In this document: in pieces, positions 1 to 9,472 of the stretch
How the letters are laid out: every line of letters begins with the position of its first letter
Position numbering within the stretch: the first letter of the stretch is position 1
Notes under the pieces: generated by a model
Told to the model about the DNA's origin: nothing
Database searches by the model: none
What the model saw: only the letters and a program-made list of their open reading frames with translations
Assembly (NCBI GenBank): GCA_016182805.1
Contig: JACPFV010000003.1
Span: 16,285-80,284 of the forward strand
Direction of reading: 5' to 3'
Source: Gammaproteobacteria bacterium
GTDB lineage: Bacteria; Pseudomonadota; Gammaproteobacteria; Nevskiales; Nevskiaceae
DNA: 64,000 nt
Position numbers and translations under genes: made by a program

Positions 1-1
1 C

Positions 2-232
2 GTCTATGCGCACCGCGACCCGGCACCCTGGCTGGCGCAGCTCGCCGGCCAGCGCATCCACCGCGCCGGGGAAATCCCGGTGCACGCGCTCGATCCCGGC
101 TTCCTGCGCGAGGCGGCGAGCGCGCTCCAGCGCCGCAACCAGGCGACGCTGTCGGTGACGGGGCGCGTGCTCTACCTGGATCTCAACGGGCGCTCGCTCT
201 CGAGCGAAATCCGGACGCTCGCATTGTCGTAG
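2..232 (+). CDS. 3' end of an unidentified protein (partial; runs off the left edge of the window)
   Basis: The frame is open from the window edge, third codon positions are G/C-rich, and the stop TAG is at 230-232. I recognised no family motif. Confidence 0.45.
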   Translation, partial: VYAHRDPAPWLAQLAGQRIHRAGEIPVHALDPGFLREAASALQRRNQATLSVTGRVLYLDLNGRSLSSEIRTLALS

Positions 233-252
233 GGGCCGGCGCAGCCGGCCCC
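232..252. terminator. GC-rich hairpin between convergent genes (candidate bidirectional terminator)
   Basis: The arms ggggccggc (232-240) and gccggcccc (244-252) are perfect complements with a 3-nt loop. The hairpin lies between the plus-strand stop at 232 and the minus-strand stop at 275. Confidence 0.5.
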
Positions 253-274
253 TCCATCCTTTAGCCCACCGAGC

Positions 275-2653
275 CTACTTGGCGGCCGTGACCGCCGCCG
301 AACCGGCGGAAGCCCGGTCCGACCGGTAGAACCACGCCCCCAGCGCCGGCAGCAGGCAGATCGCGCCGAGCATGTTGACCAGGAACATGAACGACAGCAG
401 CAGGCCCATGTCGGCCTGGAACTTGAGCGCGGACATGGTCCAGGTGCCGACGCCGATGGCCATGGTGATGGCGGTGAAGACGGCGGCGGTGCCGCGCTGG
501 CGCATGGCCTCGTGGAAGGCGTCGCGGAACGACAGGCCGCGGTCGTCCATCTCGTGCTGGATGCGCTCGAACAGGTAGATGCCGTAGTCCACGCCGACGC
601 CGACGCCCAGCGCGATCACCGGCAGCGTGGCGACCTTCAGGCCGATGCCCAGCACCGCCATCAGGGCGTTGCAGAAGATCGACACCATGGTCAGCGGCAC
701 GATGATGCAGATCACGGCGGCCCAGGAGCGGAAGGTGATGAGGCACAGCAGCGTCAGCGCGCCGAAGATCGCCAGCAGCATCGTCACCTCGGCTTCGCCG
801 ACGGCCTCGTTGGTCGCGGCCATCACGCCGACGTTGCCGGTGGCCAGGCGCAGGTTCACGCCCTCCACCGGGTTGTCGGCGATGAAGCGCTTGATCTCAT
901 CGACCGCGTGCGCCACCGTCGTGCCATCGTGGTTCTTCATGAACACGATGATCTGGATCGCGCGGCAGCCGTCGGTGTTGAAGCCCAGGTTGGGGTCGAA
1001 GGCCTTGGAGCCGGCGGACAGGCCGGTCTGCGTGCGCGGCAGCGCGCGCCAGCGCGGGTTGCCCTCGTTGAACGCCGAGATCACCAGCTTGCCGATGCCG
1101 CCGACGCTGACCACGGACTGCACGCCGTCCACCCCGCGCGCGAACATCTCGAAGCGGTCGATGAGGTTGACCACCTCGTAGTGCAGGCAGGAGTCGCCCT
1201 CGAAGCTCTTCGCTTCGGCGATGACCGTGAGCACGTCCACGCCGATGTTGTACGAGCCGGCGATCGCGCGGCTGTCCTGGTTGTAGCGCGCGTCGGGGTG
1301 CAGCTCCGGCACGCCGGTGCCGGAATCGCCGATCACCAGTCCGCGCGACAGCCAGGTCGTCACGCCCAGCAGCGCGACGCACACCGCGAACACGGCCACC
1401 GACGCGCGCGGCTCGGCGCACTTGGCGATGCCGCGCCACGCCGCCGCCATGCCGGGCGACGGCGGCCGCAGCGAGTAGCGGCGGCTCGACTCCTCGAGGC
1501 GGATGTGGGTCAGCAGGATCGGCAGGATCATCTTGTTGGTGACGATCATCAGCAGCACGCCCAGGCAGGCGGTGATGCCCAGCTCGTGCACGATCGGGAT
1601 GTCGATGAACATGATGACCGCGAAGCCCAGCGCATTGGTCAGCAGCGCCACGGCGCCGGGGATGAACAGCTTGCGGAACGACGCGCGCGAAGCCTCCACG
1701 GAGCTGGCGCCGTTCGCCACCTCCTGGCGCCAGGCGTTGGTCATCTGCACCGCGTGCGATACGCCGATGGAGAAGATCAGGAACGGCACGAGGATGGACA
1801 TCGGGTCGATGCCGAAGCCGATCAGCGGCAGCGTGCCGATCAGCCACAGCACCGGCAACAGCGCCACCACCAGCGCGGTCACGGTCAGGCGCACCGAGCG
1901 CGAGTACGCGTACAGCAGCGCCAGCGTGATGACGAAGGCCAGCGCGAAGAACGCGAACACGCCGAGCAGGCCGTAGATCACGTCGCCGAGCAGGCGCGCG
2001 AAGCCGATGATGTTGACCTCGATCTTGTCGTTCTCGTACTTGGCGCGGATCTCTTCGAGCTTCTTCTGGACGTCCCAGTAGTCCACCTTGACCGCGTTCG
2101 GCTCGTCCGGGTTGTACTCCTGCAGGTCGGCGCGGATCATCGCGCCTTTCTGGTCGTTGGCGACCAGCAGGCCGATCTGGCCGGACAGCGCGACGTTGCG
2201 CCTGACCTTCGCCAGTTGCTCCGGCGTGCCGGAAAACTCGGCCGGTACCACCGGCTCGCCGTTGAAGCCGTACTCCGTGATCTCGATGTAGTAGGTGTTC
2301 GGCGTGAAGATGGACGAAACGCGCGTGCGGTTGATGCCGGGGATGAAGAACACGTCGTCCGTGGCCTTCTGCATCGCGTCCATGAATTCGGGGTTGTAGA
2401 TGTCCCCCTCGCCCTTCCAGCGCAGGTTCACCAGCAGCGTATTGGCGCCCGAGAACTCGCGCATGTACTCCATCATCGTGCGCATGTACTCGTGCTTGAT
2501 CGGGATCAGCTTGAGGAAACCCGGATCGAGCTTCACGTTCGTGGCGCTGTAGCCGAAGAACGCGGTGACGACGGCGAACACGCCGGCCAGCAAGTGGCGG
2601 CGGCCGATCAGGATGTTGGAAATGCGGTCGACGAGACCGTCCATGCGACTCAT
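275..2653 (-). CDS. RND superfamily transporter, MMPL/HpnN-like (paralogue a)
   Basis: Two large soluble loops are flanked by hydrophobic blocks, and the motifs GANTLLV, ATNEAV and GVGVDYGIY are shared with the other two paralogues in this window. ATG 2653 is preceded by ggggagg. I trimmed the upstream 20 codons of the listed ORF. Confidence 0.9.
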   Translation of the reverse strand: MSRMDGLVDRISNILIGRRHLLAGVFAVVTAFFGYSATNVKLDPGFLKLIPIKHEYMRTMMEYMREFSGANTLLVNLRWKGEGDIYNPEFMDAMQKATDDVFFIPGINRTRVSSIFTPNTYYIEITEYGFNGEPVVPAEFSGTPEQLAKVRRNVALSGQIGLLVANDQKGAMIRADLQEYNPDEPNAVKVDYWDVQKKLEEIRAKYENDKIEVNIIGFARLLGDVIYGLLGVFAFFALAFVITLALLYAYSRSVRLTVTALVVALLPVLWLIGTLPLIGFGIDPMSILVPFLIFSIGVSHAVQMTNAWRQEVANGASSVEASRASFRKLFIPGAVALLTNALGFAVIMFIDIPIVHELGITACLGVLLMIVTNKMILPILLTHIRLEESSRRYSLRPPSPGMAAAWRGIAKCAEPRASVAVFAVCVALLGVTTWLSRGLVIGDSGTGVPELHPDARYNQDSRAIAGSYNIGVDVLTVIAEAKSFEGDSCLHYEVVNLIDRFEMFARGVDGVQSVVSVGGIGKLVISAFNEGNPRWRALPRTQTGLSAGSKAFDPNLGFNTDGCRAIQIIVFMKNHDGTTVAHAVDEIKRFIADNPVEGVNLRLATGNVGVMAATNEAVGEAEVTMLLAIFGALTLLCLITFRSWAAVICIIVPLTMVSIFCNALMAVLGIGLKVATLPVIALGVGVGVDYGIYLFERIQHEMDDRGLSFRDAFHEAMRQRGTAAVFTAITMAIGVGTWTMSALKFQADMGLLLSFMFLVNMLGAICLLPALGAWFYRSDRASAGSAAVTAAK

Positions 2654-3672
2654 GACTTGCCTCCCCCGGACTGCACGTGGACGTGGACGCCCCCGTCCCC
2701 GCCCGTCAGCCATTCGCCCTTGCCCAGCGGCAGCACGGCGGCCAGGCCGTTGCGCTCCGGCTGCGACGCGCGCGTGAAGCGCACACCGCCGTCGTCCGAG
2801 ACGAACACCGTATTGTTGGCGCCGACCAGCACGATGCGCCCCTCCGGCGTCGCCGCGCCGCCGAACAGCGAGGTCGGCTCCGGCGTCTCGCTCTTCTTCC
2901 AGGTGGCGCCGAGATCGGCGCTGAGGAAGGCGTTGCCGCGCATGCCGAAGGCCAGCAGGCCGTTGTCCGGCAGCGCCAGCACGCCGAAGAACGAGCCGGG
3001 ATAGATGTCGCCGAGCGAGGCCCAGGTCTGGCCGTTGTCCTGCGAGCGCAGCAGCAGGCCGCGCTCGCCGACGAGGATCAGCGAGCCGTCGCCGGCCTGC
3101 GTCATCGCGTTGACGTGGTGGTCGCCGATCCCCTCATGCGTCTCGCGCTGCCAGCTCAGGCCATGGTCCGACGAGGTCAGGTACTGGCCGAACGCGCCGA
3201 ACGCGAACAGCTTGCCGCCGAACGGGCCGGCGACGCCGAGCAGCGGCTCGGAACGCTCGCCGTCGAACAGGACTTCGCGCCAGGTGTCGCCGCCGTCCTC
3301 GCTGCGCACGATCCAGGAGTCGTGGCCGACGGCGATCGCCACGCGCTCGCCGACGAAAACCGCCTGGGTGAAGCTCGATCCCCGCGCCGGCTCGATGCGC
3401 GCCTCGCGCCACGGGCCGCCGGCGCCGTCCGCGACCAGGATGTGCCCCTGCTCGCCGACGGCGACCAGCCGCGTGCCGCTGCGCGCGATGCCGTTGACCA
3501 GCAGCCGGTCCGGGTAGATCCGGGTCGGCGCGAACGGCGGGCTGGGCCGCGGCGAGAACGAGTACACGGCCGCCGCCGCGACCAGCAGCGCGACCAGGCC
3601 CGCCGGCCAGGCGCTCAGGCCGGCCCGCCGCGTCGCGCGGCGCTCCATCACCAAGGTTTCAGGCATTGCCAT
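2650..3672 (-). CDS. Ycf48-like BNR/Asp-box beta-propeller protein with an N-terminal membrane anchor
   Basis: Repeated SxDxGxxW boxes are present (SEDGGDTW, SSDHGLSW, SQDNGQTW, SADLGATW). A hydrophobic N-terminus follows MAMPETLV. The start at 3672 lies behind ggaggggg. The stop overlaps the RND start as ATGA. Confidence 0.85.
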   Translation of the reverse strand: MAMPETLVMERRATRRAGLSAWPAGLVALLVAAAAVYSFSPRPSPPFAPTRIYPDRLLVNGIARSGTRLVAVGEQGHILVADGAGGPWREARIEPARGSSFTQAVFVGERVAIAVGHDSWIVRSEDGGDTWREVLFDGERSEPLLGVAGPFGGKLFAFGAFGQYLTSSDHGLSWQRETHEGIGDHHVNAMTQAGDGSLILVGERGLLLRSQDNGQTWASLGDIYPGSFFGVLALPDNGLLAFGMRGNAFLSADLGATWKKSETPEPTSLFGGAATPEGRIVLVGANNTVFVSDDGGVRFTRASQPERNGLAAVLPLGKGEWLTGGDGGVHVHVQSGGGKS

Positions 3673-3798
3673 AGCAGAACCCCCTCCCATTCCACCGTAC
3701 AGGCGAGGGCGAACCCGCAAGGCTCCCCCTCCGCTCTTGCTTTGCCGGCTGCAGCCGTTTGCCGCAGTCTGGTCCCGGCCCGCCGGCAAGGCAAGCGT

Positions 3799-5004
3799 TC
3801 ACGCCGGCAGCTCGAACAAGGCCGCCGCGCCCATGCCGCCGCCGATGCACATCGTCGCCACGACGAAGCGCACTCCGCGCCGGCGCCCCTCGATCAGCGC
3901 ATGGCCCACCATGCGCGCGCCCGACATGCCGAAGGGATGGCCGACGGCAATCGCGCCGCCGTCCACGTTGAGCCGCTCCGCCGGAATCCCGAGTCGGTCG
4001 CGGCAGTAAATCACCTGGCAGGCGAAGGCCTCGTTCAGCTCCCACAGGCCGATGTCCGCCACCTTGAGGCCGTGCCTCTGCAACAGCTTGGGCACCGCGA
4101 ACACAGGGCCGATGCCCATTTCGTCCGGCTTGCAGCCGGCCACCGCCGTGCCGCGATACGTTCCGAGTATCGGCAGCCCGCGCCGCTGCGCCTCCGTCCG
4201 GTCCATCAGCAGCACCACCGCCGCGCCGTCCGAGAGCTGCGAGGCATTGCCCGCCGTGATGTGTTTGCCTTCCTTGACCCATTTGCCGTCCTTCCAGACT
4301 GGTTTTAGTGAAGCAAGTCCGTCCAGGGTGGTGTCGGGGCGATTGCCCTCGTCCTTGGCGAGCGTCACCGTCTCGCGCCCGGTCGGATTGCCGTCCTTGT
4401 CGAACAACTGCTTTTGCACCGCGATCGGGACGATCTCGTCGGCGAAGCGCCCGGCCGCCTGCGCGGCGGCGGTGCGGCGCTGGCTTTCCAGCGCGTACTC
4501 GTCCTGCGCCGCGCGCGAAATGCCGTAACGCGCCGCGACGAGTTCCGCCGTCTCGATCATCGGGATGTAGGCGGTCGGCTCGGCGGCGACCGCCGCCTCC
4601 GACACGGCCCGGTACGAATTCTTGTGCTTGGTCTGCGTCAGCGAAATGGATTCGAGGCCGCCGGCAACCACGATGCTCTGCTCGCCGACCATGATGTTCT
4701 TGGCACCGATGGCGATGCTCATCAGGCCCGAGGAGCACTGCCGGTCCAGCGTCATGCCGGGCACCGTGTCCGGCAGCCCGGCCGTGTAGGTGCACAGCCG
4801 GCCCAGGTTGTAGCCCTGCGTGCCCTGCTGCGCCGCGGCGCCCAGGATCACGTCGTCCACCTCGCGCGGATCCACTTTGGCGCGCTCGACCGCGGCGCGG
4901 ATCGCGTGCCCGCCCAGGACCGGCGCCTCGGTATCGTTGAATGCGCCCCGGTACGCCCGGCCGATGGCCGTACGGGCAACGGCGACGATGACCGCCTCGT
5001 TCAT
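3799..5004 (-). CDS. Acetyl-CoA C-acyltransferase (thiolase)
   Basis: The sequence has the thiolase layout with the active-site block DRQCSSGL and the C-terminal block MCIGGGMG. Confidence 0.9.
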   Translation of the reverse strand: MNEAVIVAVARTAIGRAYRGAFNDTEAPVLGGHAIRAAVERAKVDPREVDDVILGAAAQQGTQGYNLGRLCTYTAGLPDTVPGMTLDRQCSSGLMSIAIGAKNIMVGEQSIVVAGGLESISLTQTKHKNSYRAVSEAAVAAEPTAYIPMIETAELVAARYGISRAAQDEYALESQRRTAAAQAAGRFADEIVPIAVQKQLFDKDGNPTGRETVTLAKDEGNRPDTTLDGLASLKPVWKDGKWVKEGKHITAGNASQLSDGAAVVLLMDRTEAQRRGLPILGTYRGTAVAGCKPDEMGIGPVFAVPKLLQRHGLKVADIGLWELNEAFACQVIYCRDRLGIPAERLNVDGGAIAVGHPFGMSGARMVGHALIEGRRRGVRFVVATMCIGGGMGAAALFELPA

Positions 5005-5013
5005 GGTGGCTCC

Positions 5014-5469
5014 CTAGAAGTAGTACCGGCTGATGGTGTCCGCGATGCAGGCGGGCTTCGCCTCGTTCTCGATCTCGACCGTCACGCGGATCGTCGCCTG
5101 GACGCCGCCTTCGACCGCCTCGGCCTTGACGAGTTCACCGCGCCCGCGGATGCGCGCGCCGGCCTTGACCGGCGCCGGAAAGCGCACGCGGTCGCAGCCG
5201 TAGTTCACGCCCATGCGCATGTTGCGCACCTCAACGACCTGCGGCAGGAAGCGGCTGACCAGCGACAGCGTGAGATAGCCATGGGCGATGCAGGCGCCGA
5301 AAGGCCCGGCCTTGGCGCGCACCGGGTCCACGTGAATCCACTGGTGGTCGTCGGTCGCCTGCGCGAACTGGTTGATGCGTTCTTGCGTAACGGTCATCCA
5401 CTCGCCGGCGCCCAGCGGCTGGCCGACGGCGGCGAGGATCGCGTCCTTGGATTCGAAGACGGTGGCCAT
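5014..5469 (-). CDS. MaoC-like (R)-specific enoyl-CoA hydratase
   Basis: The hot-dog motif DDHQWIHVDP..A...PFG..IAHG is present. I trimmed to ATG 5469 from the 296-aa listed ORF. Confidence 0.85.
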   Translation of the reverse strand: MATVFESKDAILAAVGQPLGAGEWMTVTQERINQFAQATDDHQWIHVDPVRAKAGPFGACIAHGYLTLSLVSRFLPQVVEVRNMRMGVNYGCDRVRFPAPVKAGARIRGRGELVKAEAVEGGVQATIRVTVEIENEAKPACIADTISRYYF

Positions 5470-5477
5470 TGGATTTC

Positions 5478-6263
5478 TCAGGGATGCTGGCTGGAGGCGG
5501 AGATCACCTCGCCCACCAGGTACGAGGCGTAGTCGGAGGCCAGGAACACGATGACGTTGGCCATCTCCCAGACCTCGGCGGCACGGCCGAAAGCCTCGCG
5601 GCCGGCCAGTTCCTTGAGCAGGGCCTCCGGCGCCGACTTCTTCAGGTGCTCGTGCAGTGCGATGGACGGGGCGACGGCATTGATGCGGATGCCGAACTCC
5701 GCCGCCTCCAGCGCACTGCATCGCGTCAGCGCCATCACGCCGGCCTTGGCCGCGGCGTAATGCGCCTGCTCCTTTTGCGCGCGCCAGCCGAGCACCGAGG
5801 CGTTGTTGACGATGGCGCCGCGGCCGCGCGGCTGCATGCGCTGCAACATCGCACGGGTCATGCGGAAGGTGCCGGTCAGGGTCACGTCCAGCACCCGGCC
5901 CCATTCCTCGTCCGTCATTTCAACGATGCGCTTGCTGCCGCCCAGGCCGGCGTTGTTGACCAGCACGTCCACGCCGCCGGTCTTCCGCTCGGCCTCGTCC
6001 ACCAGCGCCTGCACCTCGGCCTCGTTGGCGACGTTGGCGATTTGGCCGTGAACCTCGCAGCCGGGCTGCGCCGCGCGCAGCTTGGCCGCCGCCTCGTCGA
6101 GTCGGCGCGGGTGGATGTCGGAAATCACCAGCGCGCGGCAGCCTTCCTCGGCGCAGCGTTGCGCGGTGGCGAAGCCGATGCCGCCGCCGGCCGCCGCGGT
6201 AATCAGCACAGCCTTGCCCTTCAGCAAGCCGTGGCCGGGGACGTATTGAGGGACCGCGGTCAT
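5478..6263 (-). CDS. SDR family oxidoreductase
   Basis: The Rossmann motif TAAAGGGIG, NNAG and YAAAKAG catalytic motifs are present. The start ATG at 6263 overlaps the upstream stop (ATGA). Confidence 0.85.
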   Translation of the reverse strand: MTAVPQYVPGHGLLKGKAVLITAAAGGGIGFATAQRCAEEGCRALVISDIHPRRLDEAAAKLRAAQPGCEVHGQIANVANEAEVQALVDEAERKTGGVDVLVNNAGLGGSKRIVEMTDEEWGRVLDVTLTGTFRMTRAMLQRMQPRGRGAIVNNASVLGWRAQKEQAHYAAAKAGVMALTRCSALEAAEFGIRINAVAPSIALHEHLKKSAPEALLKELAGREAFGRAAEVWEMANVIVFLASDYASYLVGEVISASSQHP

Positions 6264-7450
6264 GACTTGCCCTTCTCGAAGCGCGGCTCCTTGGGCATGC
6301 CCAGGGCGCGCTCCGCGATGATGTTGAGCTGGATTTCGTTGGTGCCGGCGTAGATCGTGTCGGCACGGGTGAACAGGAAAAGCTGTTGCAGGCGCGTGCG
6401 CGTGGGATCGTCGCTCACCACGTCGCCGTCCGGCCCCAGCACGTCCATGGCGAGCTTGCCCAGCTCGCGGTGCCAATTGGACCAGTAGTACTTGTACATC
6501 ATGGCCTCGCGCCGCAAGTGCCCGTCCTGCGCACCGGCCAGCATGCGCAGCGCGTTGTAGCGCATCACCTTGAGGCCGATCCAGGCCTGGGCGATGCGCG
6601 CGCGGATCGCCGGATCGCTAGCCGCGCCATTGACGCGCGCCATTTCGCAGACGAGGTCCAGCTCGTGTGCGAAATGCATCTGCTGGCCCAGCGTCGATAC
6701 GCCGCGCTCGAAGCCCAGCAGTGCCATGGCGATGGCCCAGCCCTCGCCCGGCTGGCCGACGATGTTCTCCGCAGCGGTGCGCGCGCCATCGAAGAACACC
6801 TCGTTGAATTCGGCGGTGCCGGTGAGCTGCTTGATCGGCCGGATCGCGATGCCCGGCTGGTCCAGCGGCACCAGCAGGAACGACAGGCCGCGGTTGCCCT
6901 TCGATTCGGGATCGCTGCGCGCGACCACGAAGATCCATTGCGACTCGTGCGCCAGCGAGGTCCAGACCTTCTGGCCGTGGAGCACCCACTCGCCGGTCGC
7001 CGGATCGCGACGCGCGCGCGTCTGCACGTTGGCGAGGTCGGAGCCGGCGTTCGGCTCCGAATAGCCCTGGCACCAGAACTCGGTGCCCGCGACGATGCCG
7101 GGGAGAAACCGCCGCTTCTGCGCCTCGGTGCCGTAGGCGATCAAGGTCGGGCCGATCAGCCCCTCGCCGATGTGGCCCATGCGTCCCGGACCGCCGGCGC
7201 GGGCGTATTCCTCGTGGAAGATCACCTGCTGCGCGATGGACAGCCCGCGCCCGCCGTGCTCGCGCGGCCAGCCCACGCAGGTCCAGCCGCCGCGTGCCAG
7301 CTCCCGCTCCCAGCGTTTGCGCAATTCGGGGTGGGCGTCCTCGTCGCCCGGGCCGCCGCGGTGGCGCAGGCACTCGAACTCGCCGCGCAAGTGCGCGCGC
7401 AGCCACCGCGCCACTTCCAGGCGGAAGATTTCGTCGTCGCTCATCTTCAT
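6260..7450 (-). CDS. Acyl-CoA dehydrogenase, alpha-type partner of a pair
   Basis: ACAD blocks are present, including GYSEPNAGSD and the C-terminal IYAGTNEIQLNIIAER. The start MKMSDDE overlaps the stop of the upstream ACAD (ATGA). Confidence 0.9.
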   Translation of the reverse strand: MKMSDDEIFRLEVARWLRAHLRGEFECLRHRGGPGDEDAHPELRKRWERELARGGWTCVGWPREHGGRGLSIAQQVIFHEEYARAGGPGRMGHIGEGLIGPTLIAYGTEAQKRRFLPGIVAGTEFWCQGYSEPNAGSDLANVQTRARRDPATGEWVLHGQKVWTSLAHESQWIFVVARSDPESKGNRGLSFLLVPLDQPGIAIRPIKQLTGTAEFNEVFFDGARTAAENIVGQPGEGWAIAMALLGFERGVSTLGQQMHFAHELDLVCEMARVNGAASDPAIRARIAQAWIGLKVMRYNALRMLAGAQDGHLRREAMMYKYYWSNWHRELGKLAMDVLGPDGDVVSDDPTRTRLQQLFLFTRADTIYAGTNEIQLNIIAERALGMPKEPRFEKGKS

Positions 7451-8586
7451 CGCGCCGGTCCCAGCAGGGGAGACGCCACGCGCTCGTGCAGCGCCGGCGT
7501 CGAGCCGAACCAGTGGCTGGTACCCTGCGCGCGCTTGAAATAGAGCTGCGGGTCGTATTCCCAGGTGAAGCCGACGCCGCCGTGAAGCTGGATCGCCTCC
7601 TGAGCGCAGAAGAAGAAGGCGTCCGAGGCCAGGCTCTTGGCGCAGGCCGCCTCCAGCGACAGCTCGGTCGTGCCCGGCCCGGCGCTTGCCACGCGCGCCG
7701 CGCCGTACACCACCGAGCGCGCCGCCTCGATCATCACCATCATCTCGGCGCAGCGGTGCTTGACCGCCTGGAACGAGGCGACGGGCTGGCCGAACTGCAC
7801 GCGCTGCGCGGTGTAGGCCAGGGTCAGGTCCAGGCACTGCTGTGCACCGCCGAGCTGCTCGGCCGCCAGGGCGATGGCCGCGAAATCGGCGGTGCGATTG
7901 AGGCCTTCGCCCACTTCCGGGCCTTCGCCCAGCAGCGCGTCTTCGGGCAGCCCGACGCCGTCCAACCGCACTTCCGCGATGCGGCGGGTCGGGTCCAGCG
8001 TCTTGAGCGGCTTGCGCACCAAGTCTTTGGCCTTGCCGTCGACCGCGAACAAGGCCCAGCGCCGCTCCAGCAGCGCGGGGATCAGCAACAGCTCGGCGCT
8101 GGCGCCGTCCGGCACATGCCGGAATCGGCCCTCCAGCACGTAGCGCGAACCTAGGCGGCGGGCGCTCGCGGTCAGCGCGTCCGGCCGCCAGTCCACGCCG
8201 CTGTCGGCCAGCGCCAGAGTCGCCGTCATTTCGCCCGAAGCGAGCCGGGGCAGCAGGCGCCGGCGCGCGTCTTCCCGCGCCGCTTCCATGAGCGCCGTGG
8301 CGGCCAGGCAGATCGAGGAGAAGAACGGCGTGCAGACCAGGCGCCGCCCCATCTGCTCCATCAACAGCGTCAGCTCGACGAAAGACAGGCCCAGGCCGCC
8401 GTGGGCCTCGGGGATGTGCGTGCCGCACCAGCCCAGCTCCGCGCCGATGCGCTGCCAGAGGGCGGGGTCGTAGCCGGTGTCGTTCTCCATCGCCCGGCGC
8501 ACCGCGGCGGAGCTGCTGGCGTCCGCGAGGAAGTTTTCGGCGGAGTCGCGGATCAGCTTCTGGTCGTCGGACAGGGCGAAGTTCAT
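7447..8586 (-). CDS. Acyl-CoA dehydrogenase family protein, beta-type partner
   Basis: The ACAD fold is indicated by FGQPVASFQAVKH and HGGVGFTWEYD, and the TNEIQ block of its partner is absent. The gene is adjacent to and overlaps the next ACAD. Confidence 0.85.
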   Translation of the reverse strand: MNFALSDDQKLIRDSAENFLADASSSAAVRRAMENDTGYDPALWQRIGAELGWCGTHIPEAHGGLGLSFVELTLLMEQMGRRLVCTPFFSSICLAATALMEAAREDARRRLLPRLASGEMTATLALADSGVDWRPDALTASARRLGSRYVLEGRFRHVPDGASAELLLIPALLERRWALFAVDGKAKDLVRKPLKTLDPTRRIAEVRLDGVGLPEDALLGEGPEVGEGLNRTADFAAIALAAEQLGGAQQCLDLTLAYTAQRVQFGQPVASFQAVKHRCAEMMVMIEAARSVVYGAARVASAGPGTTELSLEAACAKSLASDAFFFCAQEAIQLHGGVGFTWEYDPQLYFKRAQGTSHWFGSTPALHERVASPLLGPAR

Positions 8587-8593
8587 GCGCGGC

Positions 8594-9472
8594 TCAGGTC
8601 CCGTAGACCTTCTGCGGCGGCACCGCTTCCTTCAGCAGCGCATCCACAACTTCCGTCAGCTCCGCCGGCTGCCAGCGCGACTTCTTGTCGCGCATCGGGC
8701 CGGTGCGCCAGCCGTCGGCGACCGAGACCTGCCCGCCGGCGACCTCGAACACGCGCCCGCTCACCTGCCGCGACAGCGGGCTGCCCAGCCACACGACCAG
8801 CGGCGCGACGTTGGCGGGATCGAAGAAATCGAAGCTGCCGTCGTCCGGCTTCTTCATGACCGCGCCGAACACCGGCTCGGTCATGCCGGTGCGCGCGGCC
8901 GGCGCCAGCGCGTTCGCGGTGATGCCGTAGCGCCCCAGCTCGGCCGCCTGCACCAGCGTCAGCGCGGCGATGCCGCCCTTGGCGGCGGCGTAGTTGCTCT
9001 GCCCGACCGAGCCTTGCAGGCCCGCGCCGGAGCTGGTGTTGACGATGCGCGCGTCGACCTTGGCGCCGGCCTTGGACTGGTCGCGCCAGCGCCGCACCAG
9101 GATGCTGGCGAGGCAGAAGTGCCCGCGCAGATGCACGCGGATCACATCGTCCCAGTCCTGCTCGGTCAAGCTGGCGAACATGCGGTCGCGCACGATGCCG
9201 GCGTTGTTGACCAGCACCTGCACGTCGCCGAAGCGCGCGACGGCGGCGTCCACGATCTTCTGCGCCGTGTCCATGCGCGCGATGTCGTCGCTGTTGGCCA
9301 GCGCCTGCCCGCCCTTGGCGGCAATCTCCGCGCACACGGCTTCCGCCGCCTCGCGCTTGATGTCGTTGACGACGACGTTTGCGCCCTCGGCGGCGAAGGC
9401 CAGCGCGTAGGCGCGCCCCAGGCCCGCCCCGGCGCCGGTGACGATGACGGTACGCCCGCTGCAAATGCCCAT
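8594..9472 (-). CDS. SDR, MFE-2/Hsd4A-like (3R)-hydroxyacyl-CoA dehydrogenase
   Basis: The motifs VTGAGAGLGRAYA, NNAGI and YAAAKGG are present. The start overlaps the upstream stop by 1 nt (TGATG). Confidence 0.85.
   Translation of the reverse strand: MGICSGRTVIVTGAGAGLGRAYALAFAAEGANVVVNDIKREAAEAVCAEIAAKGGQALANSDDIARMDTAQKIVDAAVARFGDVQVLVNNAGIVRDRMFASLTEQDWDDVIRVHLRGHFCLASILVRRWRDQSKAGAKVDARIVNTSSGAGLQGSVGQSNYAAAKGGIAALTLVQAAELGRYGITANALAPAARTGMTEPVFGAVMKKPDDGSFDFFDPANVAPLVVWLGSPLSRQVSGRVFEVAGGQVSVADGWRTGPMRDKKSRWQPAELTEVVDALLKEAVPPQKVYGT

Noticed and set aside
512-3004. An 830-aa plus-strand ORF antisense to RND paralogue a and the propeller gene.
   Set aside because: The translation is low-complexity and rich in R, A, G, H and D, and G/C is enriched at the first codon position rather than the third. 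It mirrors a well-supported minus-strand gene. This is a typical high-GC antisense artefact.
6260-8428. Very long minus-strand ORFs that fuse neighbouring genes (6260-8428, 8594-10735, 9472-11142, 10638-12806, 13628-15967 and 32430-35339).
   Set aside because: The upstream halves are out-of-frame read-throughs of the preceding gene. I chose true starts at family-typical N-termini with SD sites or ATGA/GTGA overlaps.
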